Positions 37,066 through 50,905 are shown, numbered from the whole stretch's first letter. The stretch is DNA of 54,955 nucleotides, filler included, from Sphacelaria rigidula (GCA_964200075.2; 6 parts of 6 records of this genome joined end to end with filler, not necessarily neighbours in it); one strand, 5' to 3'. The notes: generated by a model not told the origin, from the letters alone. Numbers and translations: made by a program.

Positions 37066-38686
37066 AATAACATTTGTAGTACAACGCCGGTTATCTAGCC
37101 TCGAATCATCAGTGGACAGTAGATGACGCCAAAACCCTGCGAGTACATCACCGAAACACTGCGGTTTCGGGTACAACTCTACCGCGTAATAGCTGTTTCC
37201 AAATCTGCTTTTTCCCGTCAGATTCCCGAGCGGAAGCATGTGGAGATTGGGTGAACAATGAGCATGGAATTGAGTTGCATTTTCGATTTCGGAACAACGC
37301 AAAGGGCGCTGATTGGTCGAGGCACCTCTTCGCCCTTAGCGCCACAAATCCGGTTATGTCACGTTCTTCAGCCATCGGTCAGTAAGATATTATGCACGCG
37401 ACTTGAGGAAGGCATTTCATGATAACAATTTTGGTCGATAGGCGAGAATCGGCCTGTATACAAGAAACGGCGAGGACACATGCCCCAAAACACAACAGCC
37501 TCAAATGTTCGTCACACACGGAGCTTTCGGCTTGGTGGATGGGCCGACTTGGCTTTTGTTGTCTCGGCCTCCGTATTTTGGTTCTCACACATGAGGGGCA
37601 GCACCTGGGCAACTTGAAGGCGTCAGTTAGACTTGCGCGCAAGTTCCGCGTTAGGTGTCAATTGATGGGGAGCTTTTTCGCAGCTAGCAAATGGTTGTCG
37701 AGAATCCAAGAAGGGGAGGAAAAGACGATTCGAGGAATTCAACAGGATACTTCAGTCCAGAAAAAAATATCAACTTACTTACGTTGGTGTTCGCCCCTGA
37801 AGACTTCGGGTTATTAACGGGGATAATCAAGGTTTTTCCGACTTTTTCGGGGGGGGGGAATCCCAGAAAAATGTGACAGGCGATTCCTCAACCAGGTCAG
37901 GGAATAGAACCATTTGAGAGGGACTGCTCATCACTGAGAATCTACTGTTGGATTTTCTTCAGATTTCTTTTATTTCGAAAAATTGGAATTCTCCCCCGAA
38001 AGAGTCGAGAAAGTGTGAGAAAAACTCATGTTAATAACGACCCCAACTTGGGATTTCTCATCTCCGAGCTGCAACTGCGCCCCCTGTGCGCGAAGGAATC
38101 ATACACAAAGTGCACAACGATGAATGTAAAACGGACAACTGTAGTGATGTAGGCATGTATGGCTGGCGGTCTTTCATACGTGAGATAATATACGAAGATG
38201 ACGCTTCGACTCCGGTGACGCGAAATTTATTTTTGAGCATGATCCTAGGTTGTCCCAATGCGGGCTTGCGTTACTTGAGTTTCCACGCAACTTCTACGCG
38301 CGGCAGTTGACGTCTATGTGCGACAACAGCCATGCACAACAAATAGCACGTCAACTGGTCAAGATCGAGAGACGGCATGTACACCAGCAAGGGCTCGGGA
38401 GCGAGGGTGTCACTGTGCAACAACTCGACAACTAGTGACCAGAATCGTCTCATTACTAAAACTATCACACGAACACACAGAGCGATCCACACCCAGACAA
38501 AAACGACCATGAAAAAAAAGTACACAAAATAACCTTCCACTCCTCCATCTTCAAGTTCATGCCAATACACGCCATTTCATCAGAAACAACGTCATATGGT
38601 CAACACAATCACAAAAATTTGCTGGCGCAGCACACCGAAGGGTGGCTGGGCGCTTGGCTTAGAAAGGCAAGGCCTCGACAAAACCG

Positions 38687-39242
38687 TTAGCTGTTCAAAC
38701 TAGAGCCGGCCTTGATAACTGCCCCCTTGCTGGCTTCAGCCGACTCTGAGGTTCCTGCTGCTGCCTGTACCGGGTGCTGCCCTGCAGGTAGCGAATTTAG
38801 CCTTGTATGAAAAATAGTGCTAGTATCCTGTCTGGTAATTTCTCGGAGACACATGGTCGCGTAGGAGGCGGTGGGGAGGGTGAAATGGACGCACAGGGCG
38901 TGGAAGGGGTTTACGGGACCAGGGGTTTGCGTTTCTTCGACGTCCATGGGAGCAGCGGCGGGTTCTGTGGACGGCGGATCCTTTCCTGCCTCGGCCTCGT
39001 TTGTCTCGGATGCCGCAGGTTCTGCCGCAGATTCTTTTCCTGCTTCGGATGCCGCTGGCGCTGGCGCGACAGGAGCGGCAGCATCTGCGGTGGCTGTGGC
39101 AACTGCTTTCTCCGCCTGTTCCTTTGCCCTTCTATCCTCGTCTATGCTAAGCGCCGTGTCGATATCCGTCTTGATGAGGTGCTGGGTGTGGTCACTGTAG
39201 CGCTTGATTTCCCACTTCATATCCTTGGGCACTTGCAGCATC
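38687..39242 (-). CDS. PUS7: PUS7 terminal coding exon
   Basis: cag|G ATG; MLQVPKDMKWE...FTLPTASYATMCLREI...; stop TAA at 38687-38689. Confidence 0.92.
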
Positions 39243-42200
39243 CTGAGGCGATTATGGCGTGTCCGTTATATGAGATCAATCGCGAGAGGTGAAAAAAAGC
39301 ACGAGAACATCAAGATGAGGTCGCTCTAGTTACGAGCAAGCACGGATACGTGCATGTGGTTTAGACAGTTTCATGGCGCTAGCACTTGTTCGCGCACGCG
39401 CAGTACTCACTGCACCCTTTTCAACGCTTGACGGAAGGTATAATGAAAAAAACTTCAAACACCGTATAAAATGATTCTCAAATGCAGCAAATATCAGGAT
39501 GATGCCATATACCACACTTCCCGGGCGTTGGCCCTTTGAGAGCCCAGTGCTGATTATTGTGTCAGTGAATCGGCATCATTTTCAGTCATTTCCAGGTGAA
39601 AATGATGCCGATTCACAAGCACAAAAATCAGCTCTAGGTTCCCAAAGGGTTCACCAGTCCCGAACCAACCTGCGGTAGGCGCCACCAAGGATGAACGCCT
39701 TTTCCGAGGACGAACTGAAACACGCCTCAGTCAAGCCTCTCTCCGACAATGCCCGCATGTAGCAGTCCCGCACACCATTCTCAGGGTACTTGACCCCACA
39801 CCTTGAAGATCGTGTATACGTGCGCACAAACAAGCATCAAAATGAGCAAACTGACCGTCGCGAATAATGCTCACATCATAGAGACATGGTACTTCGGCGC
39901 ACTCTTTCTTAGTCTGAAAAGCCATGGAGCATGCCTTACGTTGAAGGAACGCAGCAGAGTACAGCAGTTAAATTAGGGAACAGTTCATGCCCGCTGAGTC
40001 CTCGGGGATACTCCGGCAATACGACGAGCACAAGAAACGTGGGGAGTCGCCTGCGCCTACAGTCGCAGTGCTCCATACAGACTAACTCAAGATAGGAATC
40101 TTACCACAAAAGGTAAGCACAAGGCATGAAAACATGCACGCGCACGAAGGTGAAGAAGGTTTACCCCACCCATCTTGACCACACGGGCAACACAACAGCA
40201 CTCACAAATGACAACGAAAATCGATGTTCTCTTACCCTGGCAACGGCAAGATGACATCGGTGACCTTGAACGTCTCCTTTTCCACATCCTCCTGGGTTAC
40301 GACATGCACATCCAACAATGCATCCCTGCACTTCCGAGCACGCTTCGCATCTCTTCCTTCTTCCACCTCATCTTCCCCCTCCCCCTCTTCGACTTCCGCG
40401 GGCTTTGCCTCTGCCTCTGCCTCTGCACCGTCGACACTTGCGCCGGTGCTAGCTTGGGTAGCATCGTTTTCGTCTACTGCCTCGGGTTCAGGCTCGACGG
40501 CAGTGGAATCGATATCTACGGGGGAGTCTTTCGGGAAAACAAGGTCCCCCACGACCGCGGCCTCCCGCCCGTACAGCGTTACGCGTTCCGACGCTGCTAG
40601 GTTCCACACGAGAGATTGGAACGCGTGCCTGTTTTCAGCGCCACACATGGCAGCCAGGCAAAGGGAGGCGCGCGCGCGCGCGCGGGAGGGGGGGGGGGGG
40701 GTCATATTTCGCATGTTTGAGGTGGTTCCAGACCACTTACCACACATGCCCCAGCAGCATTCAAGATCCCGGTGCTTGCGTGCGACTACCGCTCTGTACC
40801 ACGACATGAGTGCAGATGGAGACATTGACACATGACTGAATATGTGGACATGGGAGACAGAGACAGAAGAAATGATACGCGAGAGTGACGGCAAGGGGCA
40901 GGAACATACACAGCCAAAGAAGCTTACAGGTACATGAGCTGCAGATTCTTGGGCACTGTTCTGAGGGCTTGGAGGTGAGCGTTTTCCCCCTCCCTGGCGA
41001 GGGCGTGCATCATATTCCTTTCTGCGGTCATGAAGTACGGAAGCATCTTCGAAGTCGTCTCCGTATCCGCAGGGTTTTTGAGGTAATGAACCTGCCATGG
41101 GTGTGGACCAAACGAAGAGCAATGTACTTTATCAGCGCAGTTTATCGACACTAGAACCAGTATCCCTCCATTTATAAACGGCGTCCTGCACATCACCACA
41201 TGTACCAGGCCCCTCGCCTTGTATCAACAGGATTGGGTTCGAGATTGGAGTGACCAAGACGGGTATATCGTGAACGTCGAGGAAGTTTCTTGGGCTTCCG
41301 TCACAAAAGCATCGACTAAGGGAGCATCTCGTACAGGTTTTGCTCATCTCGTGCGATCAAGTGTGAGACGGTGACCTGGTCCCGCAGCTATGCTTCTTTG
41401 CTTACAGCGCAAGCCTTGCGGCGCCGTACTGGTTCAGCTGTGGCTCTAACGCCGTGAGTCCATCTTGGCGAACTTGCCGTCGCTCTCTGTTCGCGCCTCA
41501 ATGGCATGCGGGCGTGAGCCTCAGCTGCGATCATTTTACATGCCTCAAATCTACGACGGCCTGGAGGGTATCGCTCACTGCGATACTCTGTAGGCCGCCA
41601 GTGGAGTAGAGAATGCCAAGGAATTGCATGCGAGGGTCCAAGATCGCAAGCTCTCCAGGAGCAATACAAGTGCGAAAGAAAACCAAGAGATCGCCTCGAT
41701 GGGGTAAGGGCGCTACAGCGATAACTAGCCCAATACCACACCAAAATGGTGTTGCTGCAAACATCTCGACATAGCCGTGGTGACATGTCACCGCCAAGCA
41801 TTGCACGGCACAAGATGAGCACAGTCGGCAGAGTACTCGTATCACGGAACAATGATTCATCATCGATAGCACAACCCGTATCCGCAAATTCCAGTCGTTA
41901 GGGAGATATACCGTCTCTCGGTGGCACACGGAATCGAATACAATTAACAAATACATTGGCTACTAATCCAACCTTTTCGCTTGCACAGCTCTATCCACCC
42001 ACAATACTACCTCATACGCTGTTCTTCACACTTGCTTTCGCTCGCCGTACCGCCTGTCCACTCCAAACTTCATACCTCACATATTTACACAAGACAGTAC
42101 CCTTGAACCGGACCCAACACAGTTTGTGCTCCACACCTTGCTGTCGTGCGTGGCCTTGTTCTCTCCTATCCTGGGTGTCATGATCAGCTTCACGGCCCCC

Positions 42201-44123
42201 TTCCAGTCCTCCTTCAGCATTGCAATCCCCACTTCGCTCGTGGGCGCACCGCCTGTCCCAAACCTCTGCAGCCCAAAATAGTTGATGAACCCGAATTTCT
42301 GTACAAACGAGCACCGCTCGTCGATCATCTCCTTCAGCCTTCTCCCCTCTTCCTCTATCTCCTCTTCGGTTTTCTGGGGGGCATCGCTCTTGGATTCGTT
42401 TTGAGTTGCCCCAGCACCGTTCTCTGAACCAGTCGCCGCTTGATCTCCGTTGGAAGAATCAACTTTGGGAGCATCACTTGTACCGGTCGCCGCTTGCTCA
42501 TCGTTGGTGGAATCAGCCTTTGTAGAGTCTTTGGTGCAGGACGCCCCGTGCTCCGCGATGGTAGAATGTCCATTGCTAGAATCAGCAGCAGCAGATGCTG
42601 GCGTGGGGAGAGTGAGATTGCGAAGAACGATGCCGAAATTGTTGCCCGAAAGATCGCCGAGGTTAAGCGGCTCCGAGACGTAGGAAAAGTTCCCCACCAA
42701 CAATATCGGACCCTGCTCGGTGTTCGGTGATAGAAACGGAATCGAGTTGGGTGATGACGAAAAACGAGCTACAAAATATTTCAGAATATATCTTGAAGAC
42801 GTGCAGAAGTCGAGAGACCGTGCAGCCGAACGATGTTACACGCCACCATCAGCAAATATATACATACATCTCTTGAGTACCGTAAAAGTGCGAGAGATGG
42901 CACCGCGTGCGATCGATTTTTCAAATGTTTTTTTCTCGGATTTTTTTCGCACCCAGGTGCCATCTCCCCTACCCCGGTGCCAAAATGCAATTAAATGATT
43001 ATTTCTGGATTATTCAACGCACTCCGGTGCTATCTCTCCGACCGGTGCGATGCCCAAACAAATGCAACCCGTGGCCTACATACATACTGATGATGCTACA
43101 GCAGTACTGAAAGCGGGCACCCCGGTGTCATCTCTCGCACCATCACCGCACTCCATACCGCCTTACGGCAACTCATCGGTACCGTTGTACGAGCAGATAA
43201 AAGTGTGATGTAATAATGGGAAGAAACAGGAAGCACACACCGGACACATCTACACTGCTAGCTGTACACCGCGCACAACAACCCGAACCACAAAAGGCGG
43301 CGAAATAGATGAAAAAAGAAAAAATTCTCGCCAAGGTCCCGCCGATTTTTTTCGTGTGGTACCGCAGAGCACACACACAACCCAACCATGTCAGAGGACG
43401 CAGGTGCCCAAACTACCTCCTCACAGCCCAGTGGCAATGCTGCTACTGCTGCTCCTACTTCGGCTGCTTCATTTGGGTGTGTACCGTACTTTGTCGGACG
43501 AAATGAGCGATTTTCCATGCGGATTAATGAAAATAACAGACATCGTCCTGCTTGAACCGTGACCATACGCAAAGTAGTGTTGCCCCGACAACATCTTGAC
43601 AACATTACACACGTGAAAGGTACCCATGTGTGTACATGCAGCAGATCATGAGCGGCCCTGCTCCACCCGCGGAACCCTCAAAGTTGGGTTCCGGGTCGGT
43701 AAGATCGCACCCCGGTGCGAAAATACAATTAAATCATGCCATTTCCACTTTTTTTTGCGCACCGCCGTGCCAGCTCCCCGACCGGTGCCATCTTTCGCAC
43801 TTTAACGGGTATTTGTATATCTTTTTTCGTCATTTTTTCTTGTTCATGGCGCTACTGCAAGTTTTATCACACGAAACACATGAACATACTTTCAAAGAGG
43901 TCAAAAGAAAGAACGGGGACCCAGCGCAGATAACAAGAGTGCTATACTGTTGACTCACATTAAATGTGTGGAGGGGTTGGTTGAACCTCATGATTTCCTC
44001 TGCGGACTTATGTTTGGCCGTGCACCACTGCGAGGTGACGGCCCGCTTGTCCTTGTTACCCGCATACCCCAGCCACTTGGGCGACAGCTTCAGGTGCCTG
44101 CACACCCGGTTCACGGCAGCCAT
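38687..44123 (-). CDS. PUS7: Pseudouridine synthase PUS7 (TruD family), 3' part (6 exons)
   Basis: Exons 44123-43959, 42712-42137, 41091-40928, 40628-40236, 39801-39670 and 39242-38687 are GT-AG and phase-consistent. TruD motifs: YAGNKDKRAVTSQ (catalytic Asp), LGDLSGNNFGIVLR, GFINYFGLQRFG, YLHAFQSLVWN, DVILPLPG, LGGAYRR, FTLPTASYATMCLREI. Confidence 0.95.
39670..39801 (-). CDS. PUS7: PUS7 exon
   Basis: 132 nt; aag|G TGT ... CGC AG|gttggt; VKYPEN...LGGAYR. Confidence 0.88.
40236..40628 (-). CDS. PUS7: PUS7 exon
   Basis: 393 nt; cag|G CAC ... CCA GG|gtaaga; HAFQSLVWN...VVGDLV...DVILPLPG. Confidence 0.92.
40928..41091 (-). CDS. PUS7: PUS7 exon
   Basis: 164 nt; cag|GTT ... TAC CT|gtaagc; ...ALRTVPKNLQLMYL. 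Confidence 0.88.
42137..42712 (-). CDS. PUS7: PUS7 exon
   Basis: 576 nt; cag|GGT ... AAG|gtgtgg; LGDLSGNNFGIVLR ... GFINYFGLQRFG. Confidence 0.93.
42882..43140. repeat. MITE-like cluster of cacc(c)ggtgc motifs in a PUS7 intron (related piece 43705-43808)
   Basis: gtgcgagagatggcaccg and its inverse ccggtgtcatctctcgcac / cggtgccatctttcgcac. Confidence 0.55.
43959..44123 (-). CDS. PUS7: PUS7 exon with catalytic motif
   Basis: 165 nt; cag|ATG ... AAT|gtgagt; GYAGNKDKRAVTSQ. Confidence 0.93.
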
Positions 44124-45601
44124 CTGCCACACATTCACAGGAATCATCATACACGAGCGTCGCAGCAAGGGCATTTGAGAGTGGAGTTGCGCCTGAGAGT
44201 TCTTCTTCCATTCCAATGCGCTGTTGCCTTCTTGCTGTACATGGATGGATAATGGACTACGATCAATATCTTATGCTCATGGCTGGAGGGCGCACTCGGC
44301 CACGATAACGGCCAAACTACACAGAAACAGCACAGGTCACTCACTGTGAAAACAACTGCAAATATTCTTCGTGATTGAAGAAAATTGTGCTGAAAACACC
44401 CGGTCACATGCAAATCAGCACCTCTTTACGAGAGAATACCGCTTACTCGCGCTACGCAAAGCCTCAATTTGACCAGAGGGGATGAGTGATCTGGGGACAA
44501 CAGCTGTTTTTCTGAAAGGGATGACGTCATGTCATGAATATGGGGAATTTCACAACTCGATCACATTTGCAGTATCCACAAGTCCAACGCCTGTTACTCG
44601 TCATTCACGACTTTCGCGGCAAAAATAATTTTAAAATGTTCACGACTCAGAGTCGACGTTTACGTCTCAACTCGGAAAATGTCACGATTTACAGTCGGCT
44701 TCCAGGGCTGAATTCGGAATATGCAACGACGGCTACGACTAAATGCGAAAAAGGACGACGACGACAGACCCCACGATTCACTACCGTCGTGGTTGGACCT
44801 GTGGAAATATATCGGGTTGTTCGACTCGAAATGGCGACGCCTGTACCATTGCACGCGCTTGGTGAGTAATACCATTACGATGATCCATGATGCGCAAAAG
44901 CGCAGAAGCATGTTGCGTACCAAGGTTGCTGTAGTGAAGCAACACGCGTGCTTTCGGAGCAATATGCTCCGCCTTGCATTTTTTTTTAATGGAATTTGAT
45001 GAATACGCCAAATACCTGTTGCGCCGCGTATTCTCTGTGAGTAGCGATTGCTTGCCTACTTGTTGACGCTCATCTGTTGCCCTCAGGATGGTGGATGGGC
45101 ATAATTGGTATCTGACTGTTAAGAGGATGTTCGTACATACCGTGGCAGTTTGCACCCTGAAGTGAAGCGCGCACCATACTGTACTGTGAGTGTTCGCGTT
45201 CCCGACGGCCCGAACACAATACGAGCAAGACTTTCGACTTCGCACAACCTGTGCTGTAGCATTGCCAGCTAAACGCGCGCGGGCGGGGGGGCACTCATGA
45301 CTCGGTTGTGCGCTGCGACTATGTAACTAAGCGCTAGGGCGCGCAAAGCGTAGCTGCAGGAACACTCGCCAGTTTGATAATAGCAGGTGAGTCTTCTCAC
45401 GATACCCCTACCCCCAAAGCAGCCCAAAACCCTCACGAAGAAAATGGTCATGCAGCATCTGATGTTCGGTTTCAGGTTGCATGAAGCGCCTCGTATGGGC
45501 CACGTTGACGAAAACGAACCCAAGCGTGGGAATTTCCAGCTGCTCGTTGTATTCGGTTTTCTTCATTTCGATTTACATGTATAATTTTTCTCCCCAAACT
45601 G

Positions 45602-45780
45602 TCGCCGGTCGCCCCGGTGGCTCAGTTGGTAACCTCGTAACCTTCTGATCGTTGAGTTGTGGGGTCCGAATCCCGGAGCGATCTAGGATTTTTTCTTACA
45701 CCATGCTCAACGGTGGAGAGCGACTAGGTCGTGGGTACACAAAATTCGACTTAACGATCGACGAGGGAAAGGGACTGCTG
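45602..45780 (+). mobile_element. tRNA-derived SINE, same family, runs into contig end
   Basis: ggtcgccccggtggctcagttggtaacctcgtaaccttctgatcgttgag..ggtccgaatccc followed by a non-tRNA body. Confidence 0.78.
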
Positions 45781-48630
45781 NNNNNNNNNNNNNNNNNNNN
45801 NNNNNNNNNNNNNNNNNNNNNNNNTTAATTAATTAANNNNNNNNNNNNNNNNNNNNNNNNNNNNNNNNNNNNNNNNNNNNACAAATTTGGACAATCGTTG
45901 AGAAACTAAGAAATTACGGATTCTGCATACTTCTGACGCTGACTACTGTAACGCAAGATGGTGCGTGTTGCTTGAAAAAATTATCCCCCAGTGGGGGGAT
46001 AGGGGGGCTCGTTGCCGCCTTCGGCGGCCGCCAATTCGGGCGAAGGCCAACTTTCTTTCCTGCTTGACAACAACGTCTTGACAAAATGGCGCAACAAGAC
46101 GACTGCTGGATGCAGCATTCCCGCTAATCACCACATACAAGCCTCTCCACGTAGCGGGCTACAGTTGCACACTCACAGCAGCAGCAGAGCCTGTGGCGTA
46201 CACGATACCGTACTCATCATGTCCTTGCTCTACTCCGCAGTGGAACACACTACTAGGAGGTATGTTCGTTCAAACGCTGTATAGGTGAGCGCCGCATTTG
46301 TTCCGCATCAGCACCTTGTGAGAGGCTAACCTTTTGCGGGGTCTGACACCACGCCAGACTACGGAGTGACGGCGTATACAACGGTCCCCGAAGTAGATGT
46401 AGGTATCGTGCATCGTGCCTCGTGCAGTGGATCACACTGTCCCTACTGATAAGAAGAGCTGCCACCCCCTCCCTTACAGCTTGGGCTGTTCACTCCCACG
46501 TCCACGTGATCAACCCTGTTCATCGTTGCTCACTGCGGTTGCGGCGTTCGACTCCGCAGTGCTCAGGCTTTTGACAAAAGGCAATCCCGGATCTTTTTTT
46601 CTCACCGCGAGCGATCGGGGAGGTTTGGCTCCCGAGTTCTCGATCGAATTGAGAGTGCCATCATAACCGATCATTGCGCAGTCAAAACGGTACTCACTAG
46701 AATTTGGTCAAGAATCAAGATCGGCGTTGGGATACTGCTTTCACATTATATGAATCCCACCTGTACAATGCGTAACCGTCGAGACCCAGCCGTTCAAATC
46801 GTACATCACCACATCGCTCAAGAGCTACAGACGGGGTGGATTTTCTGGATATTAACCTAGGGTGCACAATGACGTGCTTTCCGTCGTTCAGAACGTGTGG
46901 CCACTTCGTGTGATCCGGGAAGATGAGAAAAAGGCAGGAAGTCGGGCGGACATTTTCGGAGATTGCTGGCGAAAACAGCTACTACGGGCCCTCTTTTCTG
47001 GAGAGAGGCAGTAGAGTTTCCCGGCGCTGGGCTACAAATGCCCATGGTTAATATTACTTGATTCAAGTGTTGACAACGAGAATCAGGGTTTGAATAAGGC
47101 TGACAATTCCGTGTGCACCTCGCGTGCATAGAACGTGTTTTCGTTGAAATCGGCGCCTGTGGCGCCGAGTTGGGGTCCACCAAGACCGCACCTTGCCTTG
47201 GCGCACGTATGTACCGCCCTTGCCCGAGGGTTCTCGGTATGCGTTGGGTTGGGGTTAGGGGTAGGGGAAGCGATACTTGTAAAAATTGTGTCAACCGTGG
47301 GCATTTGTAGCTCAGCGGCGGTAGACTAGCCTCGAGGGAGGGGTCTCGAAGACTGAGAGTTTCGTCTAGAAATATCCATTTCTCGCGCATTTGACCGAGA
47401 AAATTACTCTTCCGGAGATATCGAAGTACGTCGGAGACGGGGTGTTTACCAAGAACGCTTTCCCGCCAAGCACACTGAAACTGGTCGCTACAGGGAGCAA
47501 ACACCCGAAGTACAGTCGCACACAATGTAGTACGGGCAGCACACAACATGCACAGTGGAGCACAATAAAGCCAGTACTGCTGCTGTGCAACAGTACAGAC
47601 GGCACACACAAAGCATGCAGCACAGACGCACCTACGGGAACATATACAGACGTAGACGGAAGCCAGAAGAGCAGCCACTGCTTCGTACACCAAATGAATG
47701 ATTACGAAATCATGCGGGCGGACACCCCCTTCTGAGTTTAAACACCCGCCAAGCCTTTTTCATTTGTGGAAAACCACACTCTGAACAAAAGATTCATTTG
47801 TAAAAAAAAATGTACTGCATACAGGATGGAATCTTCTGTCTGTTGCAATAGGCGCATTAGTCGATACTGTACGCACTACACTTTTTCACTGTATTTTTTT
47901 GTCCAGGGTATGTAAAAACCGTTTCGGATACTGTCTTCCTAGAGAAACGTTGTCAGGTGAAGGTCACCGCTCATTTTGTTTCCCTCGCAAAGCATTGCTC
48001 GCATTGCGAGAAACGGCCCGAACAGAGTTCAAGCAAATATCTCATGAACATCGACGAACTGGGGGAATATTTAGATACTCGGTGACCAAGTGAGTGAAAG
48101 GCAAGTAGCGGGCGACAGATGGCTTGATCCTACACAACACCCTGTTGCGTTTTCACTCCCGAACGGGGGCCGGGCTTCAAGTAAAAAAAGTGTGAAACGG
48201 CCTGCGGCATGGTTGCGAAAGGTCTGGTGCAGATATCTAGGATGCCGTTACATCCAAAGTGAGACCCTCCAGTACAAACATGGTGCGCGGCGGGAAAAAA
48301 CGCGGGAGTCATGCCTCCAACCTTTGGGCTCTACGTGCATCCTAGCAAGGTATCGACACACACGGAGGTCTTCTTTTTCCGGCTAGTGCTGAAACCAATC
48401 ACCCTGGCGGGGAGTGGACCTATGTAGCGGCTGGCCATCAAAATCCAGCAGTCACTCCGGAAAGAGCGCTCCAAAGTGACTGAAACAACTGAGCAATAAC
48501 CGCGTATTTGCATCCAAAGTGAGACCCTCCAGGTTTCGAGGAGCAAAAATGACTTCACATCACAATGGAAATCAGTAGCAGTAGGAGAGTGACACGATCT
48601 AGATGGTCCATTGCAAGAACACCTGGCTTC

Positions 48631-48834
48631 GAAGGCAGGTCGAGTAGAGTTTACTCGATTGCGGGGTATTTTGAAGGTCTTACTTAAGGTACTCAAATTA
48701 GAGCACAGTGTTACGAGTTGCAAACAATGAAATACTGGAAAGCGATCCCTATAACCCTACCCTCAGTATGTGTACTCCAAGTACGACTTTCAAAATCCCC
48801 CGCAATTGAGTGTACTCTACTCGACCTGCCCTTG
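48631..48834. mobile_element. MITE with long TIRs and internal aaccctaccc
   Basis: ggcaggtcgagtagagtttactcgattgcggggtattttgaa ... ttcaaaatcccccgcaattgagtgtactctactcgacctgcc. Confidence 0.75.
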
Positions 48835-50837
48835 CATTTTTTGCAGAGCTGTCGTCGGTTCACCAACCGCACAACATAGACCATTGCGGTTACTCGCGTG
48901 CAACTAGCGCCTTCCTGCGCATCATCCTATTTCGACAGATACGATAGTAGTAAAATCAACAAGCAACGCCCTGCTGCATACGGCCGACTCACCGCACAAC
49001 TACCGCATTTCACGTCCACCTCCCTTTGCGCCGTAAATAATACCGTGGGCACATATCCTTCCCGACTTGGACTTGCGTTAATCCAACAAGCCAGACTGGT
49101 TCAACAGAAACGGAGTCTTGTCGTGGTATCATCCATTTTTCAAACCTCGCGGCGGTTTCGGACGCGTGGGTGCTTTCCCGACCTTAATTCTGACGAGGTC
49201 AATAAAACGCAGTGCGTTGTCATCAGATGTCGCGATTTTCATCGCTGAAGGGCACTCGTTACGCAGCGGAAATAACTCAGGATAAATGTTCCCCGCGATA
49301 ACATTGGCCCCCGCTTCACATCCTCCCATCATCGTTGCCACAGCGGACTGAAACATAACCGTCTCTTCAAGGGGAAGTGGTGGTAGACAATGGGTGGGAT
49401 GCAGACCAACTTGACAAGAGAGTACTACACGGACGTATTGAAGACGGAAGGAGGAACCAGCCGCGGTGGCGGGTCGTCCGCAGGCGGACCTACGAGCGAG
49501 TCGGGGGGAGGTAAAGCGAGAGAAGTCCGCGCAACCAGGTCAGGTGACATCCGTCACCCGAAGGGGCTGCAGTAGCGCCGGTTCCATGTGCAGCCGCCGG
49601 GGCTGTGGACGCGAGGAGGGATATGAACCAAAAGCTTGTAGACGTCGACGTATGATCTGTCTGAACATAACTTCTCCTCAGTATGATGATCCGGATCAGT
49701 TGACCCCCTTTCTCATGTCTCCTCTTTACAGCGCCGGATGCCGAGCAGACCGAGTAGCGCAAAGGTTGCGTTTTGGCTTCCCTGGCTCCGCGGTCACATA
49801 TTTTGTGTTTTTGGACCAACAGATTCGAGTATCTTCTTTGATTGCTTGTTCTAGACAGATTACGATCTGTCCGAGGTGTGAAAGCTTGTGCTGTTCATGA
49901 CCGGCACTACGTGAACAAACATTCACGGGACCTTGTGACGTTCGGCGACATTACCATACCCCCCAGGAATGAAGGGGGTGGTCAGCAGTGCGCACTCAGA
50001 CATTACCGCAGCGGATGGCAAAAAAAGCACCAACTTAAGCGGACGGGAAACGGAAGCAGGTTTTGCGTCATTTCACGCGTCCGGGCAAATTCGGGACAAG
50101 CGGTGAGGGCGTCGCGAGCTGAGCGTTGCTCTTGCGAACAGCTTCATTGAACCAGTCTGATGGCGCAAAGGTCCTTTCCACCCAGTGAGGGCTCATCTCA
50201 TCGCGATGCCAATAGGGCACGAAGAGCAAAATAAACACGCACACACTACACAGACTACAGCAAAAAAAAGGAGATTGACCCCGAGTCTTTGGGCCCACCA
50301 CTCCACACAAAACTTCAGGCTATAGGGGGAAAACACGGTGTGAAGAAATAAGATGTACCCACAGAATGGATATCTTGCGGCGTTTCATCTCATCATGATT
50401 TTCAAACAGGGGGCGACGTGCGCGTGGTTCTATAACTTCATTACTAGAGCGGCAAAAAGAGGCGGCAGGATAGCCCAGATTGTCACGGAGAGCACATTTT
50501 TGCCATATGACGTGATTACAGAAACGTGTCGGCCAACGCCTCGAGTCTACTTCCATGACACCAAGAGCTACAGGGAGAAACGCTATAATAGCAGCAGTAT
50601 CGAGCCCACGAGGACGTGCTATACTGGGGTAGTGCTTTTTGCCTGAAAATCCAATAGTATGCCATGTGGAAAGCCAGGCGTAGCTCGGGTCAGCAGCGTG
50701 TGAATTAACTTCCGCTCTTACTCAAAAGAGGCAAGGCTGTAACGTGTCTTCGTCATACTTCAAAAACGTCAGAGCAGTCTTCACTCGACAGCACCTCGCG
50801 GGATAGGGACCATAAAGAATTATCTAGCATGAAGATC

Positions 50838-50905
50838 CATTGATTGATTGATTGATTATCTCACATTAGCTAATTATACCAGTCCAGCCTGTGGTAAGGA
50901 GCAGC
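50838..50905 (-). mobile_element. Probable LINE 3' end with (CAAT)n tail
   Basis: Reverse strand ttaccacaggctggactggtataattagctaatgtgagataatcaatcaatcaatcaat; short tandem tails are typical of some non-LTR clades. Confidence 0.45.

Noticed and set aside
2735..44123. Co-oriented RNA-processing gene cluster (U2AF65-like, CELF, PUS7)
   Set aside because: Each gene is on a different contig of a size-sorted concatenation, so adjacency and shared strand carry no biological meaning.
45610..45675. tRNA gene
   Set aside because: A and B boxes are present, but no proper acceptor stem is evident, it continues into a non-tRNA body and has a second copy; better explained as a SINE.
46857..47693. 278-aa ORF
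   Set aside because: Overlaps a dispersed repeat with telomere-like and simple-sequence tracts; composition is not protein-like.
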